From a virus: a stretch of 64,000 bases of DNA. The translations under genes were made by a program, and so were the position numbers. The stretch is taken from IMG/VR virus record IMGVR_UViG_2881214049_000001; one strand, given 5' to 3'. The stretch's first letter is position 1. Each line of letters begins with the position of its first letter. This document shows positions 59,138-64,000 of this stretch, piece by piece. The notes beneath the pieces are model-generated. The model was not told the DNA's origin and did no database searches. It saw only the letters and a program-made list of their open reading frames with translations.

Positions 59138-60499
59138 TTATACTAAGCGGATCTTGGTAATAAAACTTGGTACAAGCACATCAATTGCAGACCATACTGC
59201 AGCCGCTCTTTGGTTAACCAGCGGGTTAACACCATGCGGAAGTGCCGATGTAACAACAAGTGGCATATAAGGCGCGCTAACCAATGCACTTTCAAAATTT
59301 GACTTACCTTTATAAACACAGACTGCCGTATCAGCATCCATCACCTGTTGATTAGGCACACGTACAATTAAGATACCATCTAAAATACCGAAAATGTGTG
59401 GACCTACAGCAGCGCCGTCAGAAAGCTTAGTAAAGCCAGGTAAAGTTGCTGCCAATGCACAGACATTACGTCCCGCAACCATTGCCGAAATAGTGCCTCT
59501 GCCTGCATTATTTAAAATAGTCGCTTCAGCTTGCGCAATAGCATCTTTAAACCCTTGTTTGTGATCATTATAACTAATACCACTGGGTGCATTTTTCTTA
59601 AATGTCACCTCCCCCTGCGCTTTAGCTAATAACATGCGCGTAGCCGTATTCATTTGCTCTGAGTTAATGGCAGCGACGAGGTCTTGTGCAATTTCATCTT
59701 CGGCTACCATGCCAAAACGGCGGCGTAAAGCATAGGACTGCTGTAAACCAATCGTGTCTTTTAACGCCCATAAACGTGCTTGAACCGTTTTAGATGCAAA
59801 CTTCATCCCTACTTTTGGAATGTCATCTGCCGCGTCATAATCACCACTATATGCAGCGGTAATGGTATGCTCCGCCTCTGGCGCATGCTTTGTCGATAAA
59901 GTAACCGTACCATTGACGTAATCAATGGTGCCTTGAATATCGAAACCAATTAACTGACCTAACCCATTGTCTTGCGCAACTAAATTCAACTCTGCGATTT
60001 CAACACGTACAGAACCTACTTGCACAGGCGCATTTTTTAGCGAGAAGCTGTAGTCGCTCTCACCTGCTTGGGTTTGACCAAGTGCTTCACCCATCACATT
60101 TGACGTTGCAGACACACCTGATAATAAATCACCTGAGTTAAGCTGTGAGTCGCCGGATACAATATTCTTGAAGTAAATGGTGCCTTGTTCTTCATCAATT
60201 GGTTGAATTGACGCAATAGCAGATAAAGGTGAAGTACCGTAGGCGACAGTAAGCACATCCAGTGCAACATCTGGGATCTTACCCAACTGAGATAATGTGC
60301 CATCTTCTTCACAAAGCCGCTTATACACTTGGAAGTTTTCAAGTTGCTTACCCAACGCATAGACATCCGTTGTATTAATTGCACGCACTTTACTCAATAA
60401 AGAGTTTCTTTCTAATGCTTCGACAAAAGGCTTGTATTTCGTGAAGTAGTGATCTGCTTTGCGCTCAATTGCTTGGCCCGTTACGGTTTCTTGTAACAT
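59138..60499 (-). CDS. Major capsid protein (T4 gp23-like)
   Basis: LSAIASIQPIDEEQGTIYFK, KTVQARLWALK, EIAQDLVAAINSE, APYMPL; GAGG RBS before ATG 60499. Confidence 0.9.
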   Translation of the reverse strand: MLQETVTGQAIERKADHYFTKYKPFVEALERNSLLSKVRAINTTDVYALGKQLENFQVYKRLCEEDGTLSQLGKIPDVALDVLTVAYGTSPLSAIASIQPIDEEQGTIYFKNIVSGDSQLNSGDLLSGVSATSNVMGEALGQTQAGESDYSFSLKNAPVQVGSVRVEIAELNLVAQDNGLGQLIGFDIQGTIDYVNGTVTLSTKHAPEAEHTITAAYSGDYDAADDIPKVGMKFASKTVQARLWALKDTIGLQQSYALRRRFGMVAEDEIAQDLVAAINSEQMNTATRMLLAKAQGEVTFKKNAPSGISYNDHKQGFKDAIAQAEATILNNAGRGTISAMVAGRNVCALAATLPGFTKLSDGAAVGPHIFGILDGILIVRVPNQQVMDADTAVCVYKGKSNFESALVSAPYMPLVVTSALPHGVNPLVNQRAAAVWSAIDVLVPSFITKIRLV

Positions 60500-60580
60500 G
60501 GTAATGTCCTCAAAATTCATAAAAAACTATCAACAGCACTCGTTGGATATAACGAGCATTCATATTAGGAGTAAGCTGTA

Positions 60581-61711
60581 TTACTGTGTCGACTCAAACA
60601 ACGAGCTTAATCGACTTGTGCCTGTATTATCTTGGCTATCTGACAGCACTACGCTGTCTTCATAATTGACGGAAAAGTTTGCATATAACTGCTCAGACAA
60701 AGAGCCTACTCGTGTTCGTGCAGTCGAGTATTGCCCACCTATTTTGCTTAACGCTGCTTGAACTTCACATACGCTACCTAGCTTTTTATAGTCTTCTAAC
60801 TGCGCCATCATACTCGAGTTGAGCTGGCGAACTTCCGCCAGTGTTTGTTCCAGTAACTCAATATGCTCAGCCTGTGTTTTTGCCTGCTCATTTAGCGAAT
60901 CATTTTTGCTACGCAGTGTCGCATGTTCGGCATAAGCTTTTGCCAGACTCTCTTCAACGTGGCTTTTCTGTTTCGCTAGAGCCGCAATAGTAGATGCACT
61001 CTCACTCATTACAGTATCCTTAACGGGGTTAGTCTTTAACGGGGTCTCATTCTTTTCATCCACACTCGTTTGAATGCTGGTATTGGCCAGCTCAAGAATG
61101 GACTGATGTAATTTTGTGGCCTCATCATCGAGCGATTCGACCAACGAGGGAATAGCTTGAGCAACACCTGGCTCTTGCACGAAATCAAAGGTTTCAAGTA
61201 CAAAGCTGGTTTCATCTATCACCGGGGCATTGTCTCGTTTGTATGGCGTATAGCCTCCATAACCCCGACTAGATACAGGAAATTGCACACCGCCTCGAAG
61301 ATAGGCGTTCAGTACTCGACCAGCTGGGGTATTTAACACTAAGATTTCACCCATTCCTATGCTGTTTTTCTCATCAATCCATAATTTAGAGATCCGATGC
61401 GATGCCCTTCCTTCCAATAGAGCCTGATCATCAAGTGCCTGCGTATGGCCGATTGTGCCCAACATAGTTCCTGATGATATTTTAGCTTGGCTGCGCTCGA
61501 TAGCAGTACGCCATAATTCACGCGTATAAAAACGGCCATTGCGAGATGTACCATCGACTAGAAAAAATGGCCCTACAACACGCGCCAATATGCCTACTCC
61601 ATCTACCTGTGATGTTTCTTGCAAACCTTGTGTATGTTCAGACGCTTCACTGATCTGGTAGATCACATTAGACGTATCGAACGCGTCGATAAATAGTGTA
61701 CGCTCTGTCAT
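60581..61711 (-). CDS. Prohead protease (T4 gp21-like) with C-terminal coiled-coil scaffold
   Basis: SRNGRFYT, GTIGH, RASHRISKLW, ILVLNTPAGRVL, PVSSRGYG, FDFVQEPG; coiled-coil tail. Confidence 0.9.
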   Translation of the reverse strand: MTERTLFIDAFDTSNVIYQISEASEHTQGLQETSQVDGVGILARVVGPFFLVDGTSRNGRFYTRELWRTAIERSQAKISSGTMLGTIGHTQALDDQALLEGRASHRISKLWIDEKNSIGMGEILVLNTPAGRVLNAYLRGGVQFPVSSRGYGGYTPYKRDNAPVIDETSFVLETFDFVQEPGVAQAIPSLVESLDDEATKLHQSILELANTSIQTSVDEKNETPLKTNPVKDTVMSESASTIAALAKQKSHVEESLAKAYAEHATLRSKNDSLNEQAKTQAEHIELLEQTLAEVRQLNSSMMAQLEDYKKLGSVCEVQAALSKIGGQYSTARTRVGSLSEQLYANFSVNYEDSVVLSDSQDNTGTSRLSSLFESTQ

Positions 61712-61719
61712 GCGCTGCC

Positions 61720-62433
61720 TCATTTAAACTCTAATTTTTCACGCAGTCGTTGTACAATGTCTTGCTTAGAATCATTGTTGTACAAATGGTGCTGTGAATC
61801 TTGCAACCACTGCACAGCATCCACTGTACAGTTGGCTTTGTTGAACGCTTTTCCTAGCTCAACCGGATGGACTAAAGCTAGCAAAATACATAGTTCGTCT
61901 TCTTGCAAGGGTAAGTTAGCTTCACCCTTTGTTGATAAGCTGTCTATTTGCAACCATTTCTGCTCAATATTGAGCAGCATTGGGATGGCGATATCCGTCA
62001 CCTGCTGCCACTCTATGTGGTGACTTAACGTCTGGTACTCCTCATTCCCAGTGTATAGCAAGCTGCGTAGGGACGACACTGCATTTAACAAACGCTCCCG
62101 AACAATTAGCAGGCTTTTTTCATCCTGCCCGCAGATCCGAACAGCTAAATGTCGTCCCAAAATTTTGTGCATTCGTTTTCCAGCCGTACGACCATGAAAT
62201 CGGCTAGCAACACGCATCAGCATCGCATTATTTACAACTGAGCCATGCGCTATGCACTCACTTCTAGCAAAGTCACTGGCGCCATAAACTAAGCGATTTC
62301 TTCGCTCAATAAAAGCATCCAAAACATCTTCGGGGATCTGTTCTGGCGCCCTCCCATCCTCATCAATCAAGTCAAGCTGACCCACTTCGCACAATAACAG
62401 TACCCGCTCAGCAGGCTTTGCAAACCTCATCAC
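61720..62433 (-). CDS. Hypothetical head-module protein between portal and protease
   Basis: 237-aa ORF overlapping the portal stop. Confidence 0.65.
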   Translation of the reverse strand: MMRFAKPAERVLLLCEVGQLDLIDEDGRAPEQIPEDVLDAFIERRNRLVYGASDFARSECIAHGSVVNNAMLMRVASRFHGRTAGKRMHKILGRHLAVRICGQDEKSLLIVRERLLNAVSSLRSLLYTGNEEYQTLSHHIEWQQVTDIAIPMLLNIEQKWLQIDSLSTKGEANLPLQEDELCILLALVHPVELGKAFNKANCTVDAVQWLQDSQHHLYNNDSKQDIVQRLREKLEFK

Positions 62434-64000
62434 TTCTCATTACTCATTTTCACTCTAGCGTCGCGTTTCACTGATGTTTCACTTTGTATTGGCTCAGCAT
62501 TATTTGCTGTTTTGCTTTGTGATAATTGCTGAACAGCGGTGTCTACTAACTGCCTTAGCGAAGCTTCATCCATATGCAATGCTTCTAATGGCTTGCGTTT
62601 AGGCTGGAGATTTTTTTTTGCTTCTACGGGTTGCTTCTTGGCCCCTGAAGCCGCTTTTTTTACGGGTTTATCGAGCACAACACTATGGGGCTCATCGGTT
62701 TCTCTAGTAACCAAAAACGGGTCTAGCACACCAACCATATTTAATTGACGCCTGATCCACTCGAATACGGCTTTGAAATCAACTTTATCTTGAAAATGTG
62801 CCGAATCATCCAGATCCTGCATAAACGCCAGTAAATTTGATACAGAGAACAATACCTGTTCTGTTGACTCGAGCTGATCAAGCGCCTCTAAGCCCACTCC
62901 CTGACGGCTGAAATGAACTTGGATCTCTTGTACAGAACACTGAATGCCTTTTTTCGCTAAGTGCGTCATTGCAAGTTGTTTTAAACCATTTGCCAAGGCA
63001 CCTTGAATTGATTTTACCTTTCGTAAGTAACGCGTATGACGTTTTTCAAACTCTCCTTGAGATTGTAAGGTTTCACCACCAAAGAGTAATTCAATCGGCA
63101 CTCCTATCGACGCGCATACTGCTGCTCTAATATCACGGATACACGCGAGTAAATCATCAATATTTACGGTGTCCGGTACATCCATTCCCTGCAGCGTCCC
63201 CCTATCACCAAACACAGGTAACACTTTTGCTTTCCCTGCGGTGGCCATAATATCTCCCACCGTTGTCAGTGACTGCGCCTCACCGTTAAACGTGGTTTTC
63301 TGATTCAATAAACTTTCATAACGTCTGGCGATGTTAAAGGCTTCTTTAGGCTCCGTGGCGCTTGGGATCGACACCCCAACCAAAGACCGAGTACTTAATT
63401 GATGCAACTTACTTGCCGGCACCAGCGCTTCAAGTAGTTGAAGCTCCTTTAGTTTTGACTGTACACCAAAAAGCAGCGGTTTACCCACTCGCACATAGTT
63501 AGGTAGCATTTTGGTGGCAAGGTGCTGCTTATCTCGCACCGATACTCCCAATTCATCGCCCAGGTCGACACGAAGTTTATTTCGCCCAAGAGCAAAATGC
63601 AGGTGAGAATTTGCGGGTGTGATACGGATACGCTCTTGTTCTCGAACTAAGAATTTGGCTGGCATTCCATGACGATATAATGCCACTACATCATTTTGTG
63701 TAACATCATCGATCACTTCGCTCACGCCATTGGCATCAGCAATAAGACGTAGTGTGTAGTCGCCATACTTTAGCAGATCTGGAGTCACATCTTCACAAAG
63801 TTGATCAAGATTAATCTCTTTTTGTAACGCGCTCAAAGCAGCTTCAACATCCTTGTTGCTACTATGGAGATTTACGATACAACCATGCTCGGGGTCGGCC
63901 ACCAATACTTCATCACATATCAGTGAGTGCATTGCATCAACGAGGTAATAAGTGGATAGCTCTTCAACTGTACGGCTGTAGTCACGCTTGGTGCTCGCAG
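62430..64000 (-). CDS. Portal protein (T4 gp20-like), 5' end beyond the window
   Basis: Frame stays open upstream of 63932 (...RDYSRTVEELSTYYLVDAMHSLICDEVL), matching the gp20 N-terminal helix; LLKYGD; IRAAVCASIGVPIELL. Confidence 0.82.
   Translation of the reverse strand, partial: ASTKRDYSRTVEELSTYYLVDAMHSLICDEVLVADPEHGCIVNLHSSNKDVEAALSALQKEINLDQLCEDVTPDLLKYGDYTLRLIADANGVSEVIDDVTQNDVVALYRHGMPAKFLVREQERIRITPANSHLHFALGRNKLRVDLGDELGVSVRDKQHLATKMLPNYVRVGKPLLFGVQSKLKELQLLEALVPASKLHQLSTRSLVGVSIPSATEPKEAFNIARRYESLLNQKTTFNGEAQSLTTVGDIMATAGKAKVLPVFGDRGTLQGMDVPDTVNIDDLLACIRDIRAAVCASIGVPIELLFGGETLQSQGEFEKRHTRYLRKVKSIQGALANGLKQLAMTHLAKKGIQCSVQEIQVHFSRQGVGLEALDQLESTEQVLFSVSNLLAFMQDLDDSAHFQDKVDFKAVFEWIRRQLNMVGVLDPFLVTRETDEPHSVVLDKPVKKAASGAKKQPVEAKKNLQPKRKPLEALHMDEASLRQLVDTAVQQLSQSKTANNAEPIQSETSVKRDARVKMSNEK

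Larger units (their letters stand above)
6113..61785. repeat. Dispersed palindrome TTGTACAA (often TATTGTACAATA), at least 33 exact copies
   Basis: Starts read directly: 6113, 6142, 9062, 10300, 14331, 18531, 19471, 20864, 22801, 22954, 25481, 25788, 28054, 29964, 30022, 32422, 32802, 36740, 37840, 38347, 40844, 41433, 46562, 48130, 49247, 49599, 51131, 52007, 52137, 53194, 57605, 61750, 61778. Confidence 0.95.
1..64000. mobile_element. Segment of a large T4-superfamily-like myophage with plasmid partition genes (putative phage-plasmid or prophage)
   Basis: Portal, protease, capsid, neck, sheath, tube and tape-measure-like genes plus parA/parB, lysozyme and holin. No host housekeeping operons. 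Both window edges cut phage ORFs. Confidence 0.88.

Noticed and set aside
6113-61785. CRISPR array, REP elements or LexA boxes as an explanation for the repeated motif
   Set aside because: Copies are 8-14 bp, irregularly dispersed, without spacers or cas genes, and do not match CTGT-N8-ACAG.

Overview
The whole 64 kb is one segment of a large myophage-like element, probably from a Gammaproteobacterium (inferred from close SecB, Hfq and HU homologues); no ordinary host-chromosome gene block is present. The right end carries a T4-superfamily head module on the minus strand: gp20-like portal (truncated by the window edge), a hypothetical gene, gp21-like prohead protease/scaffold and gp23-like major capsid protein. 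The left end carries a contractile-tail module: neck, tail completion, sheath, two tube-fold proteins, a gp26-like chaperone with a hidden overlapping ORF, and a tape-measure-like protein. Next to it are a 2837-aa giant protein and six paralogous genes arranged as three A/B pairs. The middle ~30 kb is accessory: a parA-parB-RHH operon, a cI-like HTH regulator, a GATC-rich candidate origin, GH108 lysozyme, holin, a Ski2/Hel308-like helicase, thioredoxin, HU/IHF, an NMNAT-like protein, two secreted proteins, and divergent Hfq and SecB homologues that have lost their canonical partner-binding residues. This points to a temperate, plasmid-like (phage-plasmid) relative of T4-type phages. The strongest unexplained signal is the palindrome TTGTACAA. 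I counted at least 33 exact copies by eye versus roughly 1-2 expected; about two-thirds are intergenic, most lie just upstream of gene starts, and two are extended into 28-bp and 36-bp palindromes. Product calls are from motif recognition by eye, not database searches.
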